Positions 51,931-63,200 of a stretch of DNA of 64,000 nucleotides are shown piece after piece. The notes beneath the pieces were generated by a model that was not told where the DNA came from, ran no database searches, and saw only the letters and a list, made by a program, of their open reading frames with translations. How positions within the stretch are numbered: the stretch's first letter is position 1; each line of letters starts with the position of its first letter. Source of the DNA: Escherichia coli. Lineage in GTDB: Bacteria; Pseudomonadota; Gammaproteobacteria; Enterobacterales; Enterobacteriaceae. The stretch lies in NCBI RefSeq assembly GCF_016026235.1, contig NZ_CP065613.1. The stretch is one strand, 5' to 3'. Both the position numbers and the translations under genes were made by a program.

Positions 51931-53343
51931 ATGGCAGTAAAGATTTCAGGTGTACTGAAAGATGGGGCGGGTAAACCTGTCGTAAATTGTGCGATTGAAC
52001 TGCGGGCCAGAAGAACCAGTCCGACCGTTGTGGCACACGTTGTTGCCACTTGCGTGACGGACAATAACGGTGCTTATGTGATTGAGGCTGAGCCGGGGTA
52101 TTACGAGGTTGCGCTTCACTGTAACGGCTGGCAGCCAACCCGTGTCGGGGATATTGATGTGGCACCGACTGATGCACCGGGGACACTGAACGCGTTTCTG
52201 AATGCACCAAAGGATGGTGATTTACGTCCGGAGGTGATGAAGCGCTTTGAGGAAATGGTGGCGCAGGCGCAGCAGAGTGCCGGGGCTGCAGCCGGAAACG
52301 CACAGCAGACGGCGCAGAATGTGGCGGCAGCCGCAACGGCCCGTGATGATGCACAACGTTTTGCGGAGAATGCCAGACAGGATGCAGTTGCCACTGCAGA
52401 GGACAGAAAGGCCACTGCGGAAGACGTGAAAAGCACGGGGAAAAACGCCGTCTTATCCGGTCAGCGTGCACAGGCAGCCGCAGGTTATGCCCGCGCAGCA
52501 GAACAGGCCAAAAATGACATTGATGCTGCGCTGACCGGCACTCTGAAAACGGCTAACCATCTGTCAGAAATCGCAGCAGCAGGCGAAAAGGCACAACAGA
52601 AGTCCCGGGATAATCTGGGGCTGAAAAGTGCGGCCACGATGGAAGCACAGAGCGACATTTACGACCGGACAAAAGGCCGTCTGGCGATACCCGGCGCATT
52701 CGGCTTTGGGTGTGCTTTTCTGCCTGAAGATGTTATCCGTTTTGACACTAAGAGTGATTTCCTGGCCTGGGTAAGGAATGCGCTGCCAGGTGAGTATTCC
52801 GTTGCTGGCCGCCTGGGCATCATACCCGACACACGGTTTGAAGGGGTGCTCAGCATCCGGTGGACTGATGCACGCCCTGAGACAACAGAACCGCGGTACA
52901 GAGCCAAATCCCTTACTTTTTACGGCATTAACGGCCCCATTTATCACACCCGCTACTGCTACTGGCCCATATCCAGACTGACTGACTGGGTGAAAATAAA
53001 TATAACCACAGAAGATATTATTTACAGAATCGTGGCGAGCTCTGTCTGCAACAGATGGGGAGACCCTGACATTGGCGGGCTGATTATTGCTGCGTACCAG
53101 GGAGAAGCTGACGGTGATAAAGTCATCAGACTTGTCAGGGGGCAGTCATACAGAGGCTCACGACTGGGACCGGTGGGGATTTCAGTGCCCAGTACTCCCA
53201 CCGGAACGCATATAGCATACCCACAATTTTTCATTACGGGATGTTCAGAGCATTCATTACCGGGGTCATATTGCGCCCTGTCCGGGGTGCCGGATGCACA
53301 TGTCTCTGGCGCAATGCCCGGGCTTTTTATTCGCACATCGTGA
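51931..53343 (+). CDS. Side tail fibre (Stf-like) with a divergent C-terminal domain
   Basis: N-terminus MAVKISGVLKDGAGKPVVNCAIELRARRTS.. matches the remembered lambda Stf/orf-401. Ala/Gln-rich coiled middle. The last ~230 aa are unrecognised. Confidence 0.8.
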   Translation: MAVKISGVLKDGAGKPVVNCAIELRARRTSPTVVAHVVATCVTDNNGAYVIEAEPGYYEVALHCNGWQPTRVGDIDVAPTDAPGTLNAFLNAPKDGDLRPEVMKRFEEMVAQAQQSAGAAAGNAQQTAQNVAAAATARDDAQRFAENARQDAVATAEDRKATAEDVKSTGKNAVLSGQRAQAAAGYARAAEQAKNDIDAALTGTLKTANHLSEIAAAGEKAQQKSRDNLGLKSAATMEAQSDIYDRTKGRLAIPGAFGFGCAFLPEDVIRFDTKSDFLAWVRNALPGEYSVAGRLGIIPDTRFEGVLSIRWTDARPETTEPRYRAKSLTFYGINGPIYHTRYCYWPISRLTDWVKINITTEDIIYRIVASSVCNRWGDPDIGGLIIAAYQGEADGDKVIRLVRGQSYRGSRLGPVGISVPSTPTGTHIAYPQFFITGCSEHSLPGSYCALSGVPDAHVSGAMPGLFIRTS

Positions 53344-53353
53344 GGAATGCACC

Positions 53354-53917
53354 GTGGAAATTAAAAAAATCATTAATCCCCGTTATACCGAAAGTGGCGC
53401 AGTAGACTGTGACGTTTTTTTTGACGACAGGGACCAGGCAGTTCCCTACACAGCCACCGCTGATGATGTCGCACCGACGGGTCAGCAAATCTGGCAGGAA
53501 CTGCAAAGTGGCAAATGGGGTGAGATAGCCCCATTCACTGTGACACCAGAAATGCTGGAAGCGGCCAGAGAGGCCAGACGTCAGGAAATTGAAGCATGGC
53601 GCGCAGAACAGGAGGCGAAGCCGTTCACGTTTGAATGGAACGGTCGTATCTGGAATGCTGGTCCCGACTCACTGGGCCGCCTGTCCCCGGTAGTCATGCT
53701 GGCAAAATCTGTCACAGCACAAACACATATGGCGTGGAGCGATGCCGATAATCAGCAGGTGAAACTGTCGATGCCGGAACTGGAAGAACTGGCGGCAGCA
53801 ATGGTGCAGGCGCAGGTCGATCGCAACGATGAGATTTATCGCCGTCAGCGGGAGCTGAAGGAAGAGCTGAATAGTCTGAAGGATTTGAATTCGGTTAGGA
53901 ATTTTATCGTGGAATAA
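53354..53917 (+). CDS. Tail fibre assembly/chaperone-like protein
   Basis: GTG start after GAGGAA; 187 aa. Assigned by its position after stf and a C-terminal coiled coil (..ELEELAAAMVQAQVDRNDEIYRRQRELKEEL). Confidence 0.55.
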   Translation: MEIKKIINPRYTESGAVDCDVFFDDRDQAVPYTATADDVAPTGQQIWQELQSGKWGEIAPFTVTPEMLEAAREARRQEIEAWRAEQEAKPFTFEWNGRIWNAGPDSLGRLSPVVMLAKSVTAQTHMAWSDADNQQVKLSMPELEELAAAMVQAQVDRNDEIYRRQRELKEELNSLKDLNSVRNFIVE

Positions 53918-54117
53918 CAGAAGCTGCGGCACGTCGTATGCAGGAACGTGCCGCGGTTGGCTGGTAAACTTTCGATAGTGCGAGTATTGAATGATTTCTA
54001 GGCGTTATCGATTTTACGTATTTTTTGCATGATAGAATTCGTACCTCCTCCCAACGACCTTCCATGGCTTTCCGGACTTCTGTAGGCTGGCGGACGATGC
54101 TGTCCTCGGATGTTGTG

Positions 54118-54975
54118 CTAATTGGGTGATAACAGATCCTGTGTATGGGCGTTTCCCTTTGTGCGTGCGTTGATGCTGGTAACGGTAAACGTCATGATGA
54201 ACACGACCGCGAATAAGACGACAATCGTCGGAGCTGGTGCGCTGTCGATAAAAAAGGACAGCCAGACACCAGTCATTGACACTATTACCGATATGCCAGT
54301 CGCCAGTAGGAGCGCAATATGAAAGCGTTGTGTCAGGAGTACTGCAATGGCGCCAGGCGCAATGAGCAGAGAAATAGAGAGAATGATACCTACTGCTTTC
54401 AGCGTCGCCACAATGGTCAGGGAAACCATGCACAGCAGCCCATAATGCAGCCATCTCGTATGCAAACCGCTTACCTGCGCCTGTTGATAATCAAAGCTGA
54501 ACAGCAAAAAATCCCGCCATTTTACGCTAATAACAAGTGTAACCAGCCCGGCAATAATCACCGTCTGGATTATATCGCCGATGGTTATCCCGAGCATGTC
54601 GCCGAAAAGAATATGGTCAAGATGTACGTCTGGTTTGATTGCAATATACAAGATCAGACCTGCGGCAAACATGCCAGAAAAAACAATCCCCATAACTGTA
54701 TCTTGCTTGATTCGGCTGTTGTCTTTCAGGTATCCCGTCGCCACCGCGCAGAATACTCCGGCGACGAATGCCCCTGTAGCCAGAGGTAACCCCAGAATCC
54801 AGGTAAGCACGATGCCAGGAAAAACCGCATGACTCATCGCGTCACCCATCAGTGCCCAACCTTTCAGGACCAGAAAGACCGACAGCAGCGCACAGGGTAT
54901 GGAAACTACCAGTGAAATCAGCAGTGCGTGACTCATAAAGGTGAACTGCAGTGGCTCCAGTAATAATGCCATCAT
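54118..54975 (-). CDS. sitD: Mn/Fe ABC transporter permease SitD
   Basis: 285-aa polytopic ABC-3 family permease, last gene of a four-gene operon with overlapping starts and stops. Confidence 0.88.
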   Translation of the reverse strand: MMALLLEPLQFTFMSHALLISLVVSIPCALLSVFLVLKGWALMGDAMSHAVFPGIVLTWILGLPLATGAFVAGVFCAVATGYLKDNSRIKQDTVMGIVFSGMFAAGLILYIAIKPDVHLDHILFGDMLGITIGDIIQTVIIAGLVTLVISVKWRDFLLFSFDYQQAQVSGLHTRWLHYGLLCMVSLTIVATLKAVGIILSISLLIAPGAIAVLLTQRFHIALLLATGISVIVSMTGVWLSFFIDSAPAPTIVVLFAVVFIMTFTVTSINARTKGNAHTQDLLSPN

Positions 54976-55829
54976 GAGCGATCCTCCAGCGCTTTATGCG
55001 CACGCCGACGATTTGCCAAAAGTCCATGGGTGGGCGCAAATACAAATGCTAAAAGAAACAGCAGTGTCTGCGCCACCACGATGATTCCACCTGTCGCGCC
55101 GTCCAGAAAGTAACTGACCCACGCGCCGAGGAAACTGGTTACACTGCCAATAGTTACAGCAATTATGAGCAGGCGGGGAAAACGATCGGTTAACAACCAT
55201 GCTGTTGCACCGGGAGTCACCACCAGACAGATCACCAGAAAGGCACCAACCGTTTGCAGCGCCGCAACGGTCGAAACCGACAGCAGGGTGAAGAAGAGGA
55301 TTTTTAATCTGCCCGGATGTAATCCAATAGCACGGGCGTGATTCTCGTCGAAAAAGGTCACCATAAGATCTTTCCATTTGAAAAAAAGCACGATGATCGA
55401 GAGAATGCCAATGATAGTGAGTTGCAGGATATCCGCCGGATCGATTGCCAGAATATTGCCCAGGACGATGGTCTGAATGTTCACGGATGTCGGGTTCAAT
55501 GACACCATAAACAGCCCCAGGCCAAAAAAGGACGAGAAGATCAGGCCGATGATGGCATCTTCTTTTAAGCGGGTGCGTTGGTTAAGAAACAGCATGCTGC
55601 CCGCTGCCAGTCCGCCGGAAAAGAAGGCTCCCAGAGAAAACGGAAGCCCCAGCATATATGCCCCCGCAACACCCGGGACAATAGAGTGCGACAGCGCATC
55701 GCCAATCAGCGACCAGCCTTTTAGCATCAGATAGCATGACAGGAAAGCGCAGAGACCGCCGACCATTGCCGAGACCCACATCGCATTGAGCATATATTCA
55801 TAGCTGAAGGGTTCCAGTAGCACGTTCAT
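54972..55829 (-). CDS. sitC: Mn/Fe ABC transporter permease SitC
   Basis: 285-aa ABC-3 family permease. Confidence 0.88.
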   Translation of the reverse strand: MNVLLEPFSYEYMLNAMWVSAMVGGLCAFLSCYLMLKGWSLIGDALSHSIVPGVAGAYMLGLPFSLGAFFSGGLAAGSMLFLNQRTRLKEDAIIGLIFSSFFGLGLFMVSLNPTSVNIQTIVLGNILAIDPADILQLTIIGILSIIVLFFKWKDLMVTFFDENHARAIGLHPGRLKILFFTLLSVSTVAALQTVGAFLVICLVVTPGATAWLLTDRFPRLLIIAVTIGSVTSFLGAWVSYFLDGATGGIIVVAQTLLFLLAFVFAPTHGLLANRRRAHKALEDRS

Positions 55830-56653
55830 CTTGCTTCCCTCTGCACCGCTGACGGTCGATGTGCCACAAAAGGGCGTTCATCGTCAGTAATAATGCTTTC
55901 TTCCGAGCCGTTAAGTGTGACATGGCGCAGTACGCCGCTAAAAGCCAGCTCCAGGTTCTCGGCTGTAAAAGTGGTGTCTGTCGGCCCGCTTGCCAGGACG
56001 GTGCCTTTGACCATGACCGTATAATCGCAAAATGTCGTGACTGAGCCGAGATTGTGCGTTGAGACAAGCATCGTTTTGCCTTCCGCGCGTAACTCCCTCA
56101 ACAGGCTGATGATTTTCGCTTCGGTTTTCACATCAACGCCGGTAAAAGGTTCATCCAGCAGGATCACATCACCCTGCTGTGCAATCGCTCTCGCCAGAAA
56201 GACGCGTTTCTTTTGTCCACCGGAAAGCTCGCCGATTTGACGATGGCGAAAATCCACCATATCGACACGTTCCAGCGCATCGGTGACAATCTGACGATCC
56301 CTCTTTTTGGCTATACGCAACATACCCATATGCCCATAGCGGCCCATCATCACCACATCTTCCACCAGTACAGGAAATGACCAGTCAACCTCTTCTGACT
56401 GAGGGACGTAGGCAACCAGGTTTTTCTGTAGCGCCTGTCGCGTGGGAATACCCAGAACAGATATCTTTCCGCTGGTCAGACGCACAAATCCCATAATCGC
56501 TTTAAACAACGTCGATTTTCCGGAACCGTTTACCCCAACCAGAGCGGCAATAGATCCACTTGGTACTGTGAAGGATGCATCGCGCAGTGCTGTGTGCCCG
56601 TTACGCCAGGTGACAGTAACATCATTAACGACAATGCCTGCAGATTGCATCAT
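55826..56653 (-). CDS. sitB: Mn/Fe ABC transporter ATPase SitB
   Basis: 275 aa with Walker [10 protein letters not shown], signature LSGGQKKR and Walker B ILLDEP. Confidence 0.9.
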   Translation of the reverse strand: MMQSAGIVVNDVTVTWRNGHTALRDASFTVPSGSIAALVGVNGSGKSTLFKAIMGFVRLTSGKISVLGIPTRQALQKNLVAYVPQSEEVDWSFPVLVEDVVMMGRYGHMGMLRIAKKRDRQIVTDALERVDMVDFRHRQIGELSGGQKKRVFLARAIAQQGDVILLDEPFTGVDVKTEAKIISLLRELRAEGKTMLVSTHNLGSVTTFCDYTVMVKGTVLASGPTDTTFTAENLELAFSGVLRHVTLNGSEESIITDDERPFVAHRPSAVQREAR

Positions 56654-57567
56654 TATTTCTCCCTTTTCCCGGCTTTAATTCCCTGTACCAGCGTACTGGT
56701 AGTAACCTTAAGAAGGTCGATATACGTAGGTACCGGGCCGTTTTCTGTGCTCAGGGAATCGACATAGAGCACACCGCCGTAGTGTGCGCCGGTTTCACGC
56801 GCAACCTGACGCGCTGGTTTATCGGAAATCGTACTCTCGCTAAAGACTGCCGGGATATGATTTTTCTTAACTATATCAACAACCTTACGTACCTGCTGCG
56901 GTGTTCCTTGTTGATCGGCATTAATCGGCCACAGATAAAGCTCTTTTAGCCCCAAATCGCGTGCGAGATAAGAAAAAGCCCCTTCACTGGTGACCATCCA
57001 TCGCTGATTCTCAGGGAGTTCCGTAATCTGCTTACGCAGGGGGGCAAGGGTTTGGGTAATCTTGGCTTTATAAGTATCGGCATTACGTTGGTAGGTTTGT
57101 GCATTTGCCGGATCGTATTTTATCAACGCATCACGAATATTATCGACGTAAATCAGAGCATTATCTGGCGACATCCATGCATGGGGATTAGGTTTGCCCT
57201 CATAGGGTCCTTCGGTGATCCCTACTGGCGTCACACCCGAAGAGACAATTACTTCTGGAACCCCATTGAGATGCTGGTAAAAGCGTTGGAACCACAATTC
57301 CAGATTCATACCATTGGCGAGAATCAGTTGTGCCCCCTGCGCACGTTTAATATCGCCAGGGGTAGGCTGATACTCATGAATTTCTGCACCAGGCTTGGTT
57401 ATGGATGAGACTTCTGCAGCATCTCCAGCCACGTTTTTGGCCATATCCGCGATGATGGTAAATGTTGTAATGACCTTGAATTTTTCAGTTGCACTTGCCT
57501 GAAATGCGATCGAGCAGGTGAGGGCGAGGCACCCCAAGAGCATGGTTACTTTTTTTATTGAGTGCAT
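56653..57567 (-). CDS. sitA: Periplasmic Mn/Fe-binding protein SitA (cluster A-I SBP)
   Basis: 304 aa with a signal peptide; ZnuA/PsaA-type fold motifs (..[10 protein letters not shown].., ..NPHAWMSP..). Confidence 0.9.
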   Translation of the reverse strand: MHSIKKVTMLLGCLALTCSIAFQASATEKFKVITTFTIIADMAKNVAGDAAEVSSITKPGAEIHEYQPTPGDIKRAQGAQLILANGMNLELWFQRFYQHLNGVPEVIVSSGVTPVGITEGPYEGKPNPHAWMSPDNALIYVDNIRDALIKYDPANAQTYQRNADTYKAKITQTLAPLRKQITELPENQRWMVTSEGAFSYLARDLGLKELYLWPINADQQGTPQQVRKVVDIVKKNHIPAVFSESTISDKPARQVARETGAHYGGVLYVDSLSTENGPVPTYIDLLKVTTSTLVQGIKAGKREK

Positions 57568-57599
57568 AATTTAGTACCTATAGTGAGCAAAATTAGAAC

Positions 57600-57621
57600 A
57601 AACATAGCAACGGCTATGTTT
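57600..57621 (-). promoter_or_regulatory. MntR box upstream of sitA
   Basis: Perfect palindrome AAACATAGC-CGTT-GCTATGTTT, the same half-sites as the remembered E. coli mntH MntR site. Confidence 0.75.
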
Positions 57622-57640
57622 TATAGCATAACCTATACAA

Positions 57641-57659
57641 AATGAAAATAATTATCATT
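57641..57659 (-). promoter_or_regulatory. Fur box upstream of sitA
   Basis: Minus strand AATGATAATTATTTTCATT against the consensus GATAATGATAATCATTATC. Confidence 0.65.
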
Positions 57660-57785
57660 AACAGCTTTGAGGCCTAAAACAGGGATTAGGTTGTTTCCTG
57701 CTGGCGACATGATATTGAGGAAAAAAGTAGAGCAGCTATTAGGCTTTGAAATGACTTTATGAGGAAAATTGTTGATGGCAAAAAT

Positions 57786-57823
57786 GGGGCAAAACGCTGT
57801 AGAAGGGGCAAAAAAGGGGCAAA
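57786..57823 (+). repeat. Three direct GGGGCAAA motifs in the attR-proximal arm
   Basis: GGGGCAAA at 57786-57793, 57805-57812 and 57816-57823, plus an inverted GGGCAAAAA at 57916-57924 next to the core. Confidence 0.4.
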
Positions 57824-57924
57824 AAAAGAGTGGGTTATCGTAGCTTATTGTTGTCGCTGATAATGTTTAACATATTGAAAAATAAATAAAATACTTATGA
57901 GTCAGATAGTTGTGATTTTTGCCC

Positions 57925-57978
57925 TTACTTGTTCAGATTGTATTGTTCTTTCTTGCTAATTTCTTGATTTTGCGACAT
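57925..57978 (-). pseudogene. ttcC: Displaced original 5' end of ttcA (ttcC-like remnant)
   Basis: Minus strand ATGTCGCAAAATCAAGAAATTAGCAAGAAAGAACAATACAATCTGAACAAGTAA = [17 protein letters not shown]. Compare the TtcA N-terminus [17 protein letters not shown]. Confidence 0.8.
57929..57954. repeat. attR core (TTGTTCAGATTGTATTGTTCTTTCTT)
   Basis: Identical to 9474-9499. Confidence 0.85.
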
Positions 57979-58121
57979 TTAAAAGCGACTCAATTCGTTA
58001 TATGGCATCAGAAGAGTATGCGTCATGCCGGAACGCCCAGCATAAGAAATCTGATATAAAAACTGTGGCGTGTATGGTACGGATTAGAGGGGAAAATGTC
58101 AGCACATTTGCGAAATGAATC

Positions 58122-58146
58122 AAAAAGCCCGCAGCAATGTGCGGGC
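58122..58146 (-). terminator. Intrinsic terminator after uspF
   Basis: Minus strand GCCCGCACATTGCTGCGGGCTTTTT. Confidence 0.75.
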
Positions 58147-58153
58147 GTTAGTG

Positions 58154-58669
<516 letters not shown>

Positions 58670-58695
58670 TTAGATCAAAGGAGGAAGAATAAGCA

Positions 58696-58719
58696 GAAAA
58701 AGCCCGCCATAACAGCGGG
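58696..58719 (-). terminator. Intrinsic terminator after ompN
   Basis: Minus strand GCCCGCTGTTATGGCGGGCTTTTT. Confidence 0.75.
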
Positions 58720-58728
58720 CAGGAGGAT

Positions 58729-59862
58729 TTAGAACTGATAAACCAGACCTAAAGCGACAATATCATCGGTAGAGATGCCGTTGGCAGCGTAGAAACTGTC
58801 ATCTTCATCCAACAGGTTGATTTTATAGTCAACATAAGTGGACATGTTTTTATTGAAATAGTAAGTCGCGCCAACATCGGCGTATTTAACCAGATCTTTA
58901 TCATCAACACCTGCCGGGTTGTCTGCACCACCGGCAGCGTGCAGGTCACGGCCTTTAGACATCAGGAAAGAGACTGCCGGACGCAGACCAAAATCAAACT
59001 GGTACTGTGCAGTGACTTCAAAGTTCTGGGTTTTGTTTGCAACAGCATAATCGCTGTCGCCAAACGGGGTCATATTACGCGTTTCTGAATACATGGTTGC
59101 CAAGTAAATATTGTTAGCATCGTATTTTAGCCCAGCAGTCCACGCGTCTGCTTTATCACCACCCGCCGCAGTATGGTTAACCTGGTCATTGGTGCGGTCA
59201 GAAGAGGTGTATGCCGCACCAGCGCTAAAGCCCATGCCTAAATCATATGTTGTGGAAAGACCCCAGCCGTCACCGTTTTCATGGCGAACATCACGTCCGT
59301 TGTTGGTGCCTTCCTGACCATTACTGGCACCTTCGTTGTTACCTTGATACTGCACCGCGAAGTTCAGACCATTTACCAGACCGAAGAAATCAGTATTACG
59401 ATAAGTCGCGACGCCATTGGCACGACCAGTCATAAAGTTGTCTGCATTGGTATAAGAGTCACCGCCAAATTCAGGCAGCATATCGGTCCAGCCTTCGATG
59501 TCGTACATTACGCCATAATTACGTCCGTAATCGAAAGAACCGTAATCTGAAAATTTCAGTCCGGCAAATGCCAGACGGGTCCATGACTGGTTTTTTGAAG
59601 ATTCAGTGTTGTTTGCCTGAATATTGTATTCCCATTGACCGTAGCCAGTAAGTTGATCGTTAATTTGGGTTTCGCCTTTAAAACCCAGACGCGCATAGCT
59701 CTGGTCGCCATCTTTCGCTGAATTATCAGAAAAATAATGCAGGCCATCAACTTTGCCATACAGATCTAATTTGTTGCCGTCTTTATTATAAACTTCGGCT
59801 GCATGTGCAGCACCTGCGCCGAGCAGGGCAGGAATTAAAAGTGCCAGTACTTTGCTTTTCAT
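58729..59862 (-). CDS. ompN: Outer-membrane porin OmpN
   Basis: 377 aa with signal peptide [21 protein letters not shown], general porin motifs and a terminal ..LGLVYQF. Confidence 0.9.
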   Translation of the reverse strand: MKSKVLALLIPALLGAGAAHAAEVYNKDGNKLDLYGKVDGLHYFSDNSAKDGDQSYARLGFKGETQINDQLTGYGQWEYNIQANNTESSKNQSWTRLAFAGLKFSDYGSFDYGRNYGVMYDIEGWTDMLPEFGGDSYTNADNFMTGRANGVATYRNTDFFGLVNGLNFAVQYQGNNEGASNGQEGTNNGRDVRHENGDGWGLSTTYDLGMGFSAGAAYTSSDRTNDQVNHTAAGGDKADAWTAGLKYDANNIYLATMYSETRNMTPFGDSDYAVANKTQNFEVTAQYQFDFGLRPAVSFLMSKGRDLHAAGGADNPAGVDDKDLVKYADVGATYYFNKNMSTYVDYKINLLDEDDSFYAANGISTDDIVALGLVYQF

Positions 59863-60089
59863 TGAATAAATCCTTTAGTTATTTTATTTGCCTTTTATCC
59901 CCATTTCGGGGAGTGAAAACATCCTAAAGGAGAAGTTCAGTTAGCCGATAAATATCATTTGTTACGCCTTAAGTAAAACCTTAATCAAAAAATTCCTCTG
60001 AAATGATAATAAGTCTGGTGAATGTATCGAAGATAATACATACAAAATAAAAATTATACTTTTAATTTTCTATACGTTATTCTGCGCGG

Positions 60090-60198
60090 GTTATATGCCT
60101 TTATTGTCACAGATTTTATTTTCTGTTGGGCCATTGCATTGCCACTGATTTTCCAACATATAAAAAGACAAGCCCGAACAGTCGTCTGGGCTTTTTTT
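60090..60198 (+). ncRNA. micC: MicC small RNA
   Basis: GTTATATGCCTTTATTGTCACAGATTTTATTTTCTGTTGGGCCATTGCATTGCCACTGATTTTCCAACATATAAAAAGACAAGCCCGAACAGTCGTCTGGGCTTTTTTT matches the remembered K-12 MicC. Located in the ompN-ydbK intergenic region. Confidence 0.9.
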
Positions 60199-60227
60199 TA
60201 GAATTGGATAATCCTTATCCAGAGCAT

Positions 60228-63200
60228 TTAATCGGTGTTGCTTTTTTCCGCTTTTCCGGCCATTTGTGCCAGGAAGTCATAGCGTTTTTGCAAATCAGCT
60301 GCAGCATCTTTCCATAACTGTTCTGCCACTTCTGGCTGCTGAGAATTCAGACGACGGAAACGTTGCTCGTGAAGTAACGTTTCTTCCAGTGCTTCTGACG
60401 GCGGGCGTGAATCCAGCGCCAGCGGCAGTTTGCCTTCATCGGCACGACGCGGATCGAAGCGATATAGCGGCCAGAAGCCGGTAGCTGTGAGTTGGCGCAT
60501 CTGGTCATGGCTGAGTGCCAGATCGTAACCATGCTCTTCACACGGGCTATAAGCAATGATCAGCGATGGTCCCGGATACGCTTCCGCTTCCTGAATCGCT
60601 TTCACCGTCTGGTTCAGTTGCGCGCCGAGAGAAATCTGCGCCACATAAACATGACCGTACATCATCATACTGACGCCAAGATCTTTACGCGCTTTACGTT
60701 TGCCGTGCTCGCCAAATTTAGTTACTGCACCCAGCGGTGTCGCTTTCGACGCCTGACCACCGGTGTTGGAATAGCATTGCGTATCCAGCACCAGAATGTT
60801 GACGTTTTCCGTCAAACTCAATACATGATCCAGACCGCCAAAGCCGATATCGTAAGCCCAGCCGTCGCCACCAATCAGCCAGATTGATTTTTCTACCAGT
60901 GCATCTGCGTCACGCAGCAGTTCATGTGCTTCGGCAACATCGTTGAGTTGCTGGCGTAAAGCTGCAACCTGTTCACGACGAACCTCTGGCGTGGCGTCTG
61001 ATTTCAACGCAGTCAGTAATTCCGCCGGGATTTTATCGGCAAATTGATCCAGCAGACGCAGCACGCGGACACGGTGTTGATCGACCGTCAGGCGGAAACC
61101 AAGGCCAAATTCGGCATTATCTTCAAATAGAGAGTTCGCCCATGCCGGCCCACGACCGTTGGCATCGGTGGTATACGGTGTAGAGGGCAGGTTACCGCCA
61201 TAAATTGAAGAACAGCCGGTGGCGTTAGCGATCAACATCCGGTCGCCATAGAGCTGAGTCAGCAATTTAATATACGGCGTCTCGCCACAACCGGAGCAAG
61301 CACCGGAATATTCAAACAGCGGTGTAATCAGCTGCGATGTACGAATATCAATACGTTCCAGTTTGCTACGGTCGATTTCTGGCAGGTTGAGGAAGAAATC
61401 GTAATTGATTTTCTCTTCTTCGACATGTTCCAGGCGCGACATCATATTGATGGCTTTAATCTCTGGATTCTGACGGTCTTTCGCCGGGCAAACTTCGACG
61501 CACAGGTTACAACCGGTGCAATCTTCCGGAGCCACCTGCAAGACATATTTCTGCCCGCGCATATCACGCGATTTCACATCCAGCGAATGCAGGCTGGCAG
61601 GGGCGTTTTCCATCGCTTCAGGCGGTACCACTTTTGCGCGAATAGCTGAGTGTGGGCAAGCGGCGACGCAGTGGTTACATTGGGTACAGAGTTCCTCTTT
61701 CCAGATGGGGATCTCTTCGGCGATATTGCGTTTTTCCCAGCGAGTGGTGCCCATCGGCCAGGTGCCGTCTGGCGGCAGCGCCGAAACGGGGAGGGCATCA
61801 CCAAGCCCGGCGAGCATCGCAGCGGTTACGGTTTTCACGAAATCAGGGGCGGCATCGGAAACCACTGGCGGTCGATTGGCGCTGTGCGGATTTACCGGTT
61901 GCAACGGAACTTCTTCTACGGATTCACGCGCCAGCGCCAGAGCCTGCCAGTTGCGTTCCACCAGATCCTGACCTTTGCTGCTGTAACTTTTGGCAATCGC
62001 ACCCTGCAATTCTGCGAGGGCGCTATCGCCAGGCAGAATTTGTGTCAGATGGAAAAAAGCCATCTGCATGACGGTATTAATACGGGCCGCCAGGCCACAT
62101 TCGCGGGCGATTTTCGCCGCGTTAATCACATAGAAGCGCGCTTTTTTCTGATTTAGCACGGCCTGAACTTCCTGCGGCAAGCGCGACCACACTTCATCTG
62201 CGCTGTACGGCGTGTTGAGCAGGAAAATGCCGCCAGGTTTTAAACGCTCAGCCATCTGATATTTATCGATAAACTGCAACTGGTGGCAGCCAACAAAATC
62301 AGCCTGGGAAATGAGATAAGCGGAACGAATCGGCTGTTCGCTCACGCGAAGGTGAGAAACCGTCAGGCCGCCCGCCTTTTTGGAGTCGTAAACAAAATAG
62401 CCCTGTGCGTACCACGGCGTGGAATTACCGATAATCTTGATATTGTTTTTGGTCGCGGAAACGCTGCCATCACTACCAAGGCCATAAAACAAGGCTTCCA
62501 GTTTCGCCGAGTTTGGCAGGGTGTTTTCCGGCAACGGCAGTGACAGATTGGTCACATCATCGTAAATACCAACCGTAAAGCGCGCTTTCGGTTTAGCCGC
62601 GTTGAGCTCGGCAAATACCGCCAGTACACAGTCCGGGCCAAATTCTTTGGATGAAAGACCATAGCGCCCACCAATGATACGGGGCAGAGTTTCGCGCTCG
62701 CCATTATTAAAGGCTTCTGCCAGTGCGGTCATTACATCCAGATAGAGCGGTTCTGCCTGGGCACTGGGTTCTTTGGTTCTGTCCAGTACCGCCACGCTGC
62801 GTACGGATCCCGGCAGAGCTTGCAGCAAGTGTTTGGCGGAGAAGGGACGGTACAGGCGAACTTTCAGCACGCCAACTTTTTCGCCACGGGTTAGCAATTC
62901 ATCAACCACTTCTTCACAGGTGCCAATGGCAGAGCCCATCAGGATAATCACCCGTTCCGCTTGCGGATGCCCGTAATATTCAAACGGCTGATACTGACGA
63001 CCTGTCGCGGCAGAGAAATCATTCATCGCCTGTTCAACATGGTCATAGACCGCGTTGTACCATGGGTTGGTGGCTTCGCGAGACTGGAAATAAGTGTCAG
63101 GATTCGCGGACGTACCGCGGATCACCGGATGTTCCGGGTTGAGTGCCCGGGCGCGATGAGCATCAATTTCGGCCTGCGGCATGAGATCAAGAATCGTGTC

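Noticed and set aside
54014-54832. ORFs of 66-156 aa overlapping sitD on either strand in other frames
   Set aside because: They overlap an intact, well-supported ABC permease gene. The compositions are shadow-like.
57786-57823. GGGGCAAA repeats as a mini CRISPR-like or tandem-repeat array
   Set aside because: The units are only 8 bp with irregular 3-11-bp spacing. There are no spacer-like unique segments and no cas genes. Placement in both att arms fits recombinase binding sites better.
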